A stretch of DNA of 45,435 nt from an uncultured Ruminococcus sp. (GTDB lineage: Bacteria > Bacillota > Clostridia > Oscillospirales > CAG-272). Positions 8,106 to 17,624 of this stretch are shown one piece after another; within the stretch, counting starts at the first letter, position 1, and each line of letters starts with the position of its first letter. Location: the NCBI GenBank assembly GCA_964424525.1, contig CAYRJG010000001.1, positions 1 through 45,435 on the forward strand, read 5' to 3'. A program made the position numbers and the translations under genes. The notes beneath the pieces were generated by a model. It did not search any database. It saw nothing but the letters and a program-made list of their open reading frames with translations, and was not told the origin of the DNA.

Positions 8106-8657
8106 ATGAAATTCAGACTTGAGATTTCACTGTGCGACGAGGATTATTACGCATACAATGAGTTTTGTATTATACGCTCACACTACGGAAAAAAGCAGAT
8201 GCTGACCTATCGAATACTGCTCTCGCTTATTATACTTCTCTTCCCCATTTCATCATTATTATATTCCGGAGTGAATTTCGAATTCGTTGTGAGTGCGGTT
8301 GTATACGCAATTCTCATTATTCTCCTGAACATCTTTTTTAATAAAATTTTTGCGCGGTCTGTAAGATCTGTTGTCAAAAAGCAGAAAAAGACGGGTAAGA
8401 TGGCATATTCTCAAAGCGCGGTTATGGAGTTTTACGATGACAAATTTACCGAAGAAACCGAGCTTTCTCGTGGTGAGCAATCCTATTCTGTGCTTGAGAG
8501 AATAAGCTATATCGAGAGCGAAAAATTGCTCTATCTTCACATAAACAGCGCACAAAGCTACATAATTCCCTACTCTATTTTCGACTCCGATGAAGAGGCT
8601 CTTGCTTTTTTTGAGTTTATAAGCAGTAAATGCAACGTAATTGACAGATACAAATAA
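8106..8657 (+). CDS. YcxB-like membrane protein
   Basis: AAGGAG lies 8 nt upstream. There are two central TM helices followed by a soluble C-terminal domain resembling the YcxB family. The family call rests on resemblance only. Confidence 0.75.
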   Translation: MKFRLEISLCDEDYYAYNEFCIIRSHYGKKQMLTYRILLSLIILLFPISSLLYSGVNFEFVVSAVVYAILIILLNIFFNKIFARSVRSVVKKQKKTGKMAYSQSAVMEFYDDKFTEETELSRGEQSYSVLERISYIESEKLLYLHINSAQSYIIPYSIFDSDEEALAFFEFISSKCNVIDRYK

Positions 8658-8668
8658 AAAACAACCTT

Positions 8669-8705
8669 GCCCGATGCCGGTATTACGACATCGGGCTTTT
8701 CATTT
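8669..8705 (+). terminator. Rho-independent terminator
   Basis: GCCCGATG-12 nt-CATCGGGC followed by TTTTCATTTT. Confidence 0.8.
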
Positions 8706-8758
8706 TAACAAAACATAAACATTTTAAAAATCAATTAAAAACATAAAGATATTAAAAT
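8705..8758 (+). promoter_or_regulatory. A-rich upstream box plus -10 (TAAAAT) upstream of cls
   Basis: ttaacaaaacataaacatttt (8705-8725) ... aaaaacataaag ... TAAAAT (8753-8758). About 54 nt are collinear with 10878-10931. There is no good -35. Confidence 0.5.
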
Positions 8759-8800
8759 TAAAATATATTATCGAAAAATATAAGATTTTGGAGGTTTACT

Positions 8801-10366
8801 GTGAAAAAGAAATATCAATATCAAGCAGGAAACAAAACCGTTGAGCGCGAATACAGTTATATTCCTTTCCGATATATTCTTGCGGTAATGATAACTATAC
8901 TGGAAATTGCATCAATAATAGGACTTATGATAGTTATCTGCATTTTCGTGCCGTATTTTTATATCTTGTGCTACGTTACTGCATTTGCTTGCATTATAAA
9001 GATAATTGCATCCGATGACAATCCTGAATACAAGGTACCGTGGGTTTTATTCGTTCTTACTATACCGATTGCGGGTTTTATGCTATATCTTATGTTTTAC
9101 TCACGAAAGCTGAAAAATAAATTCATTCGCCGCCTTTCCGAGCTTAAAAGATACAATTACAAGAAAGACGATACCGGGGATTTTCATAATCTTGAAAATG
9201 ATAACATTGTAGCTTCCTCGGATGCAAAAATGCTATGCAAAATTTCAGGATCACATCTTTTCACCGATACGGAACAGGAATATTTCCCGCTCGGAGAGGA
9301 TATGTTCGCTCGGATGAAGGAAGACCTTGAAAGTGCTGAAAAATTTATCTTTATGGAATACTTTATTATTGAGGAAGGAATTTTCTGGAACTCAATTTTA
9401 GAGATATTAAAGAAAAAAACGGCGCAAGGATTAACCGTGCGAGTGCTTTATGACGATATAGGATGTATGTCTACCCTTCCCGGAGATTACGCAAAAACCT
9501 TGCACTCATATGGAATTGAAGCATCTCCGTTTTCTCGTTTGCGTGGTAATGCCGATAGTGAATTCAATAACAGAAACCATAGAAAGATATTAGTTATTGA
9601 CGGAAAAATCGGATACACCGGAGGTGTAAATATTGCAGATGAATACATAAACGAAACCATTCGCTTCGGTCATTGGAAGGATACCGCACTACGTCTTCAC
9701 GGTGAGGCGGTTTGGGAATTGACTCGACTTTTCCTTTCAGACTACGGAATTAATGTAAAAAAACTGCCCGATGATGGGGACGAGCTTTATCCCGAAATAA
9801 AAAATGTAAAAGCGAGTGGATATGTTATTCCCTTTGGCGACGGTCCTCATCCGCTTTATGAGCGCAGAGTTGGAAAAAGTGCGATACAGAATATGCTTAA
9901 CTCTGCTACAAAATATATGTATATGACAACCCCATATCTTATTATTGACAACGACCTTTGCACAAGCATTGAAAATGCCGCATTACGCGGAGTTGACGTA
10001 CGCATTATCGTTCCTCACATTCCCGATAAGAAACTGGTTTTCCAAATGACGAGAAGCTTCTATTACAGATTAATGAAGGCGGGCGTCAAGATATACGAAT
10101 ATGAGCCCGGCTTTATCCACGCAAAGAGTTATATTTCCGATGATGCTTACGCTATGATAGGCACGATAAATCTTGATTACCGAAGCCTGGTTCATCACTT
10201 TGAAAACGGGGTGTGGATGTATAAATGCGATTCGATATTCGACTTAAAGGCGGATATTCTTGATACACTTTCAAAATCAATAGAAATAACGCCGGATATG
10301 ATGAAAACAGGTCTGTTTACTCGCTTTGTTCGTTCTGTGGTTAGAATTTTTGCGCCAATGCTTTGA
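8801..10366 (+). CDS. cls: Cardiolipin synthase (PLD superfamily, two HKD motifs)
   Basis: GTG start with GGAGG 6 nt upstream. Two N-terminal TM helices. HKD motifs NHRKILVIDGKIGYTGGVN and IHAKSYISDDAYAMIGTIN. Confidence 0.93.
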   Translation: MKKKYQYQAGNKTVEREYSYIPFRYILAVMITILEIASIIGLMIVICIFVPYFYILCYVTAFACIIKIIASDDNPEYKVPWVLFVLTIPIAGFMLYLMFYSRKLKNKFIRRLSELKRYNYKKDDTGDFHNLENDNIVASSDAKMLCKISGSHLFTDTEQEYFPLGEDMFARMKEDLESAEKFIFMEYFIIEEGIFWNSILEILKKKTAQGLTVRVLYDDIGCMSTLPGDYAKTLHSYGIEASPFSRLRGNADSEFNNRNHRKILVIDGKIGYTGGVNIADEYINETIRFGHWKDTALRLHGEAVWELTRLFLSDYGINVKKLPDDGDELYPEIKNVKASGYVIPFGDGPHPLYERRVGKSAIQNMLNSATKYMYMTTPYLIIDNDLCTSIENAALRGVDVRIIVPHIPDKKLVFQMTRSFYYRLMKAGVKIYEYEPGFIHAKSYISDDAYAMIGTINLDYRSLVHHFENGVWMYKCDSIFDLKADILDTLSKSIEITPDMMKTGLFTRFVRSVVRIFAPML

Positions 10367-10486
10367 TCATAAAACGAAAAACAAAAAGTTTCTCAAATTT
10401 TGTTTTATAACATTTCAGAAACATACTGCAAACCAAACGGAAAAATCCTAAGCGTAAAATAGAATTATAACGAACAAGGAAAGAAA

Positions 10487-10867
10487 ATGAATATGGACAA
10501 CAACAAAACATTCACTTACCGATATTCGGCAAAACAAAACATAGAGATTGAGAATATCCGAAAGAAATATCTAGCAAAGGAAGAAAACAAGCTAGACGAG
10601 CTTCGCAGGCTTGATAACCAAGTGAGCTCTGCGGGAATGCTTAAATCCTTGATCCTGGGAATTTTCGGTTGCCTTATATTCGGAGTCGGTATGTGCTTTG
10701 GACTTGACGTGTTCTTTGAAGCTGATTGGTTGGCAATTTTGCTCTGCGGTATAGGCACTGCCATTATGATTTCCGCTTATCCAATATACAAGCATATCGC
10801 GACAAAAACAAAAGAGGAGCTCGGTCCACGTATACTGCGTTTATCCGATGAAATAATGAAATCATAA
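10487..10867 (+). CDS. Small 2-TM membrane protein, paralogue of 17621..18025
   Basis: The N-terminus F(T/R)YxYSA..E..NIR.KY..EE..L...RRLDN.V is shared with the 17621 ORF, followed by two hydrophobic helices. The start could be the second ATG at 10493. Confidence 0.8.
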   Translation: MNMDNNKTFTYRYSAKQNIEIENIRKKYLAKEENKLDELRRLDNQVSSAGMLKSLILGIFGCLIFGVGMCFGLDVFFEADWLAILLCGIGTAIMISAYPIYKHIATKTKEELGPRILRLSDEIMKS

Positions 10868-10877
10868 GTTTCAAAGA

Positions 10878-10931
10878 TTAACAAAACACAAACATTTTGC
10901 AAAAAAATCAAAAACATCAAAGCGGTATAAT
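10878..10931 (+). promoter_or_regulatory. A-rich upstream box plus -10 (TATAAT) upstream of the 11009 gene
   Basis: ttaacaaaacacaaacatttt (10878-10898) ... aaaaacatcaaag ... TATAAT (10926-10931). It is a paralogue of the cls upstream region. Confidence 0.5.
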
Positions 10932-11008
10932 CTTTTCGTAAGGTTGAAAAACTCAAAACAAAAATCAAAAAATCAATTAAATAACATTATAAAAAGGAGA
11001 ACAAAACC

Positions 11009-11311
11009 ATGGGAGAATTTTTCAAGAAGGCATTCAAGGATATGAAGGAGAGCGCAAAGGCACAGCACGAGGTTGACAAGGCTGAATTTGAGCAGGTTAA
11101 AGCAGAATCAAAGGCAAACTTTGAGGAAAACAAATTCCACAACACCTATGCTAAGGCTAAGGAACAGGGTAAAAAGAGCTGGGACGATGCTCATATGAGC
11201 CCCACTGAAAGAGCCGCTAAAGAGCAGGAAGCTCGCGATGCAAGAATCGCCGAGGCAAAGACAAAGACGGCTGAAGCAAATGCACGCTACGAGGCTGCAA
11301 AGAAGAAATAA
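11009..11311 (+). CDS. Small hydrophilic Lys/Glu/Ala-rich protein (100 aa), function unknown
   Basis: AGGAG lies 9 nt upstream. Composition is strongly helical and charged, with no TM segment or signal peptide. Confidence 0.7.
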   Translation: MGEFFKKAFKDMKESAKAQHEVDKAEFEQVKAESKANFEENKFHNTYAKAKEQGKKSWDDAHMSPTERAAKEQEARDARIAEAKTKTAEANARYEAAKKK

Positions 11312-11327
11312 ATAAACGTCACAAAAG

Positions 11328-11366
11328 AGGAAGCGAGCGCAAAGTCTTGTGCCACGCTTCCTTTTA
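11328..11366 (+). terminator. Hairpin plus short T-tract between the small protein gene and the first ABC operon (possibly leaky)
   Basis: AGGAAGCG-19 nt-CGCTTCCT followed by TTTAT. I find no recognisable promoter between it and 11391. Confidence 0.5.
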
Positions 11367-11390
11367 TAAGGAATTAGGAAAGGACAGATA

Positions 11391-12293
11391 ATGAACGCTA
11401 TTGAAATAAGAAACCTTTCAAAAAGCTTCCGCGGAATGTATGCGGTGGATCACCTTAATATGACCGTTCCTGTTGGGGCAATATATGGCTTTATAGGAGA
11501 AAACGGTTCGGGTAAATCTACCACGGAAAAGCTTATTTGCGGTCATCTCGTGCCTGACGGCGGTGAAATAAAGCTCTTTGGCAAGGATTATACCGATCCC
11601 GGTGTTCGCGTAAGAGTGGGAGCTCTTATTGAAAATGCCGGATGCTTCCCAGGTTCAAGTATATATCAAAATCTTCGTATGCAAACGATAAATCTCGGAC
11701 TTGAAAATCCCGATGAGGAAATTCGCCGTGTGCTTTCTATCGTGCGTATGGAGGATAACGCAAATCTAAAATTTAAAAACTGTTCACTCGGTATGAAGCA
11801 AAGAGTTGGAATCGCTATGGCACTGCTTGGGAATCCGGCTCTTCTCATTCTTGATGAGCCAATAAACGGTCTAGATGTAGACGGAATGAAAATTATTAGA
11901 GAAATTCTCGTTGATATAACTCAAAACTACGGATGCACCGTACTTATTTCCTCGCATATTCTCGGTGAGCTTGAAAAGATCGCAACGCACTACGGAATAA
12001 TCCGAAGAGGCAAAATGATAATTGAGCTTTCAGCCAAAGAAATGGACGACCGCGCTCAAGTATTCGTTTCGCTTAAAACGAAGGACATTGAGGGAGCATG
12101 GGCGCATCTTTGCGCAAAATATGAAACGGTAAAAGAGGAGGATGGATATCTTCGCGTTTATGACGTGGATGACACCGAATCTATCGTTGAGTATTTATTG
12201 AAAGACGGCTTTGTTGTCAGTGAGATAAAAAAGAATAAGATCGGTCTTGAAGAATACTACATTGAGCTGATGTCAAAAAAGGAGGAGAATTAA
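11391..12293 (+). CDS. ABC transporter ATP-binding protein, BcrA/LanF-like (copy 1)
   Basis: Walker A GENGSGKST, signature variant CSLGMKQRVGIA, Walker B LLILDEP. Confidence 0.93.
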   Translation: MNAIEIRNLSKSFRGMYAVDHLNMTVPVGAIYGFIGENGSGKSTTEKLICGHLVPDGGEIKLFGKDYTDPGVRVRVGALIENAGCFPGSSIYQNLRMQTINLGLENPDEEIRRVLSIVRMEDNANLKFKNCSLGMKQRVGIAMALLGNPALLILDEPINGLDVDGMKIIREILVDITQNYGCTVLISSHILGELEKIATHYGIIRRGKMIIELSAKEMDDRAQVFVSLKTKDIEGAWAHLCAKYETVKEEDGYLRVYDVDDTESIVEYLLKDGFVVSEIKKNKIGLEEYYIELMSKKEEN

Positions 12294-12294
12294 T

Positions 12295-13131
12295 ATGACA
12301 AGTGAATTGAAATTTGAATCTCCAAGCTTTACAAAAAGAATCAAGTGTATGCTCGGTGTAGATTTTTACCGTCTGTTCCATACCCCAATGTTTTATATTT
12401 TTCTTGCTATTGCCGCTATAATACCGGCTATGGTATCAGCTATGACTATGATCCCCGGTCACGATGGTAGTGCTACCCAACCTCTTTACTCGAATGTATG
12501 GCAGATTATGGCTGCATCCGAGCCGCTTTACGTTATCCGTGGTATTGCCGATTACGCTAACATGAATATGGTATTTATATTCGGTGGAATTATGGTATCT
12601 ATATTTATCGGTCACGACTACAAATCCGGATATGTAAAGCAATTGTTTACCACTCACGCAAAAAAGCAGGACTATATGATATCAAAAACCGTTGTATGCG
12701 CTTTTGCTATTGTATGTATGTGCATTACCTACCTTATCGGTGGTATTGCCGGCGGACTTTTTGCAGGATATGATGTATCCGTTGACGTAGGCTCTCTTGT
12801 GCTTGCCATTCTCGGCAAGATGATTATGAGCCTTGGTTGGGCAAGCCTTTACACCTTCCTGAATATTATTTTCAGAAGATATTTCGGTATATCAATAGCA
12901 TCATCCTTCTTTTTTGGCACAGGAATACTTATTATTGGTGCGGCGGCAATCGTAGAGAGCCTTTCCCTTCCCGCAGGATTTCTCAATATATTCCTTTACG
13001 GTTCCTCGGTCAATGCCTGCCTTGTAAGTGATATTACGACTCTTATTACCTGTATTGCAGTTTCAATAGGATGGACTGTTATTTATAATTTGCTCGGCAC
13101 AAGGATACTCTCAAAGAGTGACGTTTATTAA
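12295..13131 (+). CDS. ABC-2-type permease (copy 1)
   Basis: Starts 1 nt after the ATPase stop, with GGAGGAG upstream. About six TM helices, and N-terminal KFES..F..RIK shared with 14053..14868. Confidence 0.88.
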   Translation: MTSELKFESPSFTKRIKCMLGVDFYRLFHTPMFYIFLAIAAIIPAMVSAMTMIPGHDGSATQPLYSNVWQIMAASEPLYVIRGIADYANMNMVFIFGGIMVSIFIGHDYKSGYVKQLFTTHAKKQDYMISKTVVCAFAIVCMCITYLIGGIAGGLFAGYDVSVDVGSLVLAILGKMIMSLGWASLYTFLNIIFRRYFGISIASSFFFGTGILIIGAAAIVESLSLPAGFLNIFLYGSSVNACLVSDITTLITCIAVSIGWTVIYNLLGTRILSKSDVY

Positions 13132-13150
13132 AGAGGAGGCTTTCTCGAAA

Positions 13151-14050
13151 ATGAATGCAATAGAAATTAAAAATCTTTCAAAAAGCTTCGGACAAAAGCA
13201 GGCTGTATGCGGTCTTAATATGACCGTTCCTATGGGAAGTATATACGGATTTATCGGAGAAAACGGTTCGGGAAAATCAACAACCGAAAAGATGATCTGC
13301 GGTCTAATACCTAAAGATGGGGGAGAAATCAAGCTTTACGGCAGAGATCATACCGACCCCGATGTAAGAAGACACGTAGGCGTTCTTATCGAAGCTCCCG
13401 GATGCTTCCCCTCCCTCACGGTTTGGGACAATCTGATGCTTGAAGCGGCAAACCTCGGAATACGCGATGCAAAGGACGAGGTTATAAAAACGCTCAAGAC
13501 GGTTCGTATGGAGGGCGCGGCAGGAAACAAATATAAAAACTGTTCTCTCGGTATGAAGCAGAGAGTCGGTATTGCTATGGCTCTGCTCGGAGATCCGACA
13601 CTACTTGTGCTTGACGAGCCGCTCAACGGACTTGATGCAGACGGAATGAGAATTATGCGAGAGGTATTTTTTGACGTTATAAAAGACGGAAAACGCAGTA
13701 TAGTTGTTTCATCTCACTTGCTTGGTGAGCTTCAAAAGGTTGCAACGCATTACGGAATTATCCGCCAAGGCAAAATGATATGTGAGATGACTGCCGATGA
13801 GCTTGATTCAAGCTGCCGCACGTTTGTTGCACTCAAGGCAAATGATACAAGCTCTGCTAAAAATATTCTTTGCAATAAATACAATCGCGTTACAGAAGAC
13901 GAAGCGGAATATATACGCGTTTACGATACAACTCCCCCCGAACATATTGTTACCTATCTTTACGAAAACGGCATCACGGTAAGCGAGATTAAAACCGACA
14001 AAATAGACCTTGAAGAATACTATACAGACCTATTGAAGGGAGGCAAATAA
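13151..14050 (+). CDS. ABC transporter ATP-binding protein, BcrA/LanF-like (copy 2)
   Basis: MNAIEIKNLSKSF parallels the copy 1 start, so I prefer ATG 13151 over the track's 13118. It has the same Walker A, signature and Walker B boxes. I estimate about 60 percent identity to copy 1 by eye. Confidence 0.92.
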   Translation: MNAIEIKNLSKSFGQKQAVCGLNMTVPMGSIYGFIGENGSGKSTTEKMICGLIPKDGGEIKLYGRDHTDPDVRRHVGVLIEAPGCFPSLTVWDNLMLEAANLGIRDAKDEVIKTLKTVRMEGAAGNKYKNCSLGMKQRVGIAMALLGDPTLLVLDEPLNGLDADGMRIMREVFFDVIKDGKRSIVVSSHLLGELQKVATHYGIIRQGKMICEMTADELDSSCRTFVALKANDTSSAKNILCNKYNRVTEDEAEYIRVYDTTPPEHIVTYLYENGITVSEIKTDKIDLEEYYTDLLKGGK

Positions 14051-14052
14051 AA

Positions 14053-14868
14053 ATGGATAATACAATAAAATTTGAAAGCTTGAATTTCGCAGAACGTATA
14101 AAAAGAATGATAAAAGTGGATTTCAGAAGAATGTTCAAATCCCGTGTATTTTACATTATAATTGCCGCCGCACTTATTATGCCGATTCTTATGACGGTAA
14201 TGATGTCTATGATGGACGGCATGGAAACCGTTAACCAACAGACGGGCGAGTCTGTTATAATGCAAGGTCCTGAAAACGCATGGCAGAACATCGGTACTCT
14301 TCCCGGAGGCGAAACGATGGGTGGTATGGATGTTTTTGCTATGTGCAACATAAATATGGCATTTATGGGAGTTGCGGTTTTCATTTGTCTTTTTATTTCC
14401 GATGATTTCAGAAGCGGTTATTCAAAGAACCTATTTACTGTGCGCTCAAAAAAAGGAGATTACGTATTCTCAAAGATTCTTTCGGGATTCATTTGCGGTG
14501 CGCTTATGATTATCGCATACTTTATCGGTTCTGTACTCGGCGGTGCTATATCCGGACTTTCATTTGAACTTACAGCTTACGGGCTTTCATCTTTGAATAT
14601 AGTTTGCTGTTTTTTATCTAAAATACTGCTCATGCTTGTATTCGTGCCAATCTTTACACTTATAAGCGTAGCTGCAAAATCCAAGGCTTGGCTTGCAATA
14701 TGCGGCTCACTTGGGGGCGGTATGCTTCTCTTTATGATGGTTTCTATGATATCACCTCTTGAATCCACATTTATGAACGTTGGACTTTGTCTTGCAGGCG
14801 GAGCTTTATTTGCAATAGGACTTGGCGCTATCTGTAATCTTGTGCTCAAGAAAACAAGTTTAGTATAA
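14053..14868 (+). CDS. ABC-2-type permease (copy 2)
   Basis: GGGAGG upstream, multi-TM, and a distant paralogue of 12295..13131. Confidence 0.88.
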   Translation: MDNTIKFESLNFAERIKRMIKVDFRRMFKSRVFYIIIAAALIMPILMTVMMSMMDGMETVNQQTGESVIMQGPENAWQNIGTLPGGETMGGMDVFAMCNINMAFMGVAVFICLFISDDFRSGYSKNLFTVRSKKGDYVFSKILSGFICGALMIIAYFIGSVLGGAISGLSFELTAYGLSSLNIVCCFLSKILLMLVFVPIFTLISVAAKSKAWLAICGSLGGGMLLFMMVSMISPLESTFMNVGLCLAGGALFAIGLGAICNLVLKKTSLV

Positions 14869-14879
14869 TTATCATACGA

Positions 14880-14912
14880 GGCAACGCAAAATGCTGTTGC
14901 CTTGTATTTTTT
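14880..14912 (+). terminator. Rho-independent terminator after the second ABC pair
   Basis: GGCAAC-10 nt-GTTGCC followed by TTGTATTTTTT. Confidence 0.7.
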
Positions 14913-14922
14913 ATAAAAATCT

Positions 14923-14961
14923 CAAAACACAAACAATTTTTTAACATTTATATGTTAAAAT
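14923..14961 (+). promoter_or_regulatory. A-rich box plus extended -10 upstream of the two-component operon
   Basis: caaaacacaaacaatttt (14923-14940) shares the aaaacaYaaaca core with 8705 and 10878. TGtTAAAAT has its hexamer at 14956-14961. Confidence 0.45.
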
Positions 14962-14999
14962 AGGGTTAATCAGTGAAAATATTGCTTGGAGGACACAAA

Positions 15000-15671
15000 A
15001 TGTTTAAAATTCTTGTTGTTGAGGATGATCGCGATTTGAATCGTTCTGTTTGCTCATTTTTGAACAGAAGCGGTTATGAAGCAATAGGCTGCCTTGGCGC
15101 AGAGGAAGCTTATGACGAAATGTATAAGACTACTTTTGATCTCATTGTATCGGATATTATGATGCCGGGAGTTGACGGATTTGAATTCGTAAAAACCGTT
15201 CGCTCACTCAACAATGATATTCCTATACTCTTTATGTCTGCCCGTGACGATTTTGCATCCAAGCAACGCGGATTTCGTATTGGGATTGATGACTATATGA
15301 CAAAGCCTATCGATCTCGACGAGTTATTTTTACGAATAGGTGCTCTGCTCCGTCGTTCTAAAATCGCATCCTCAAGAAGACTTGAGGTTGGAGATTTCAT
15401 TATGGATGCAGATGAGAGAACTGCCGAGCTTTCAGGTGAGGAGATTCCTCTCACTCAAAGAGAATTCGATCTGCTCTATAAGCTTTTATCATACCCAAAA
15501 AAGACATTCACGAGAACTCAACTTATGGATGAATTTTGGGATGTGGATACACAGACAAGCACACGCACGGTTGACGTATATATGACCAAGCTGCGAGCAA
15601 AGCTTTCGGACTGTACCTCATTTGAAATAATTACAGTACACGGACTTGGGTATAAGGCGGTGATCAAGTGA
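15000..15671 (+). CDS. OmpR/PhoB-family response regulator
   Basis: GGAGG lies 7 nt upstream of ATG 15000 (the track starts at 14973). Receiver domain motif ILVVEDD...DLIVSDIMMPG and a winged-helix output domain (TVDVYMTKLRAKL). Confidence 0.93.
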   Translation: MFKILVVEDDRDLNRSVCSFLNRSGYEAIGCLGAEEAYDEMYKTTFDLIVSDIMMPGVDGFEFVKTVRSLNNDIPILFMSARDDFASKQRGFRIGIDDYMTKPIDLDELFLRIGALLRRSKIASSRRLEVGDFIMDADERTAELSGEEIPLTQREFDLLYKLLSYPKKTFTRTQLMDEFWDVDTQTSTRTVDVYMTKLRAKLSDCTSFEIITVHGLGYKAVIK

Positions 15672-16747
15672 AAAAAAGACTTACCTCACAAAAGGTGCTT
15701 CACGGATTATATAACTACCTTATGTTCTTTCTCATTGTGGCATTTTTGGTTACATGCTCTACTATGCTGTTCGTAACTGTTTTATCCAATTCTTTACAGC
15801 TTGAATTAACGGGAGATAATCTCGAAACTGCAGCAAAGCTTACATTTCTTAACGTGCTTTTCCTAAGTATACTCTTTACCGTAATAGATGCTATCCGCAG
15901 AAAGATGACCACAGAAAAGGTAACAAAACATATTACAACTGCTGCACAAGAAATTGTGAAGGGTGACTTTGATGTACGTATAGAGCCGATAAGCCGTTTT
16001 TCCGCTGACGATAACTACAACATTATTATAGATTGCTTTAACAAAATGGCATCCGAGCTTTCGAGTGTAGAAACTCTGCGAACGGATTTTATTGCAAACG
16101 TTTCTCACGAAATGAAAACACCTCTTGCCGTTATGCAAAATTACGGAACTCTGCTGCAATCCCCCGACTTATCCGAGGAACGCAGAATGGAGTACGCGAA
16201 GATAATAACCGACTCATCGCGCCGCCTTGCAAATATGATGACAAATATTTTGAAGCTCAACCGGCTTGAAAACCAACAAATATATCCTAATCTCAAAGAA
16301 TACGATTTGGGAGAACAGCTTTGCGAATCTCTTTTGCTGTATGAGGACGAATGGGAACGCAGAGGTATTGATATCGAAACCAATATTCAAGAAGGTGTTA
16401 TGGTACGTGCGGATGCCGAGCTTTTGTTACTTGTTTGGAATAACCTTTTGTCAAACGCCTTTAAATTCACGGATGACGGTGGGCGCATTTCTCTCCTTCT
16501 TACTACCGAATCGGGATATGCCGTTGTAAAAATAAGCGACACGGGTTGCGGCATAAGTCCTGAGGTCGGAGCGCATATGTTTGAAAAATTTTATCAAGGG
16601 GACACATCACACGCAACTCACGGAAACGGTCTTGGACTCGCACTTGTTAAAAGGGTCGTGGATATTATGAATGCAGAAATAAGCGTTGAGAGTGAGATTG
16701 GACTTGGAACTACATTTACCGTAAGGATGAAAACTTATGAAAAATAA
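15668..16747 (+). CDS. Histidine kinase with two TM helices and a very short outer loop (intramembrane-sensing type)
   Basis: GTGA overlap with the regulator stop. H-box FIANVSHEMKTPL, N-box LLSNAFKFT, G-boxes DTGCGI and GLGLALVK. Only about 20 residues separate TM1 from TM2. Confidence 0.92.
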   Translation: MKKRLTSQKVLHGLYNYLMFFLIVAFLVTCSTMLFVTVLSNSLQLELTGDNLETAAKLTFLNVLFLSILFTVIDAIRRKMTTEKVTKHITTAAQEIVKGDFDVRIEPISRFSADDNYNIIIDCFNKMASELSSVETLRTDFIANVSHEMKTPLAVMQNYGTLLQSPDLSEERRMEYAKIITDSSRRLANMMTNILKLNRLENQQIYPNLKEYDLGEQLCESLLLYEDEWERRGIDIETNIQEGVMVRADAELLLLVWNNLLSNAFKFTDDGGRISLLLTTESGYAVVKISDTGCGISPEVGAHMFEKFYQGDTSHATHGNGLGLALVKRVVDIMNAEISVESEIGLGTTFTVRMKTYEK

Positions 16748-17624
16748 AATAAAAAAGCTATTGGAGGCTTTATTTTTTCCTCATATAGCCATCTTATTCA
16801 TCCTTGTTCCTCTCTCGATATTTCTTCTTGTTTATACGATGGTATTTATCGGTCCTCAATCAATTGCAGCGTATATTTCTTATCCAATTTCAGCATACAC
16901 GCTGACCATCATTTGTGTAAGAATACCGAGAATCATTGTTTTTTGGAAAAGATTTAAGGCAGAAAACAAAATGGCAAAAAGGTGGACAAGCGATGCCGCA
17001 TTGAGAGTAAGTGTTTCACTTTATGCATCTCTTCTACTAAATACCGCTTACGCATTATTTATGCTGGGACTTGGGTTTTATCACTCATCATTTTGGTACT
17101 ATTCTCTTTTCGGATATTATATTATGCTAGCCTTAATGAGAAGCGGACTCGTGCGATTTGCACGAGATGAATCGGGCTCAAACAGGCAACGCGAGCTCAT
17201 CCGTTACCGCGCATGCGGAATAATATTTTTAATACTCAATCTAACGATATCTTTGATGACTTTCTTTATGATATATTGGGGCAGAACATTCGTTCATCAT
17301 CAGATTACAGCAATTGCCATGGCTGCATTTACATTCACATCATTAACCCTCTCTATTGTAGGAATAGTCAAATACAGAAAATATGACCGCCCCGCTTATT
17401 CGGCATCCAAGGCGATTTCTCTAGCCGCTTCGTCTGTATCTATGCTTACGCTTGAAACCACAATGCTTACAGCATTCGGCGATGCAGAAAATAACGCTAT
17501 AATGAATAAAATATTCCTCGGTGTAAGCGGTGCTGTCATATTCGCATTCATTCTTACTATGGCATTAATTATTATTATAAAATCAACAAAGAGCCTTCGT
17601 GCCCTTGAGAAAGACGAGTTATGA
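16737..17624 (+). CDS. Polytopic membrane protein (295 aa), family not recognised
   Basis: Overlaps the kinase stop by 11 nt. Six to seven hydrophobic helices. Confidence 0.8.
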   Translation: MKNKIKKLLEALFFPHIAILFILVPLSIFLLVYTMVFIGPQSIAAYISYPISAYTLTIICVRIPRIIVFWKRFKAENKMAKRWTSDAALRVSVSLYASLLLNTAYALFMLGLGFYHSSFWYYSLFGYYIMLALMRSGLVRFARDESGSNRQRELIRYRACGIIFLILNLTISLMTFFMIYWGRTFVHHQITAIAMAAFTFTSLTLSIVGIVKYRKYDRPAYSASKAISLAASSVSMLTLETTMLTAFGDAENNAIMNKIFLGVSGAVIFAFILTMALIIIIKSTKSLRALEKDEL

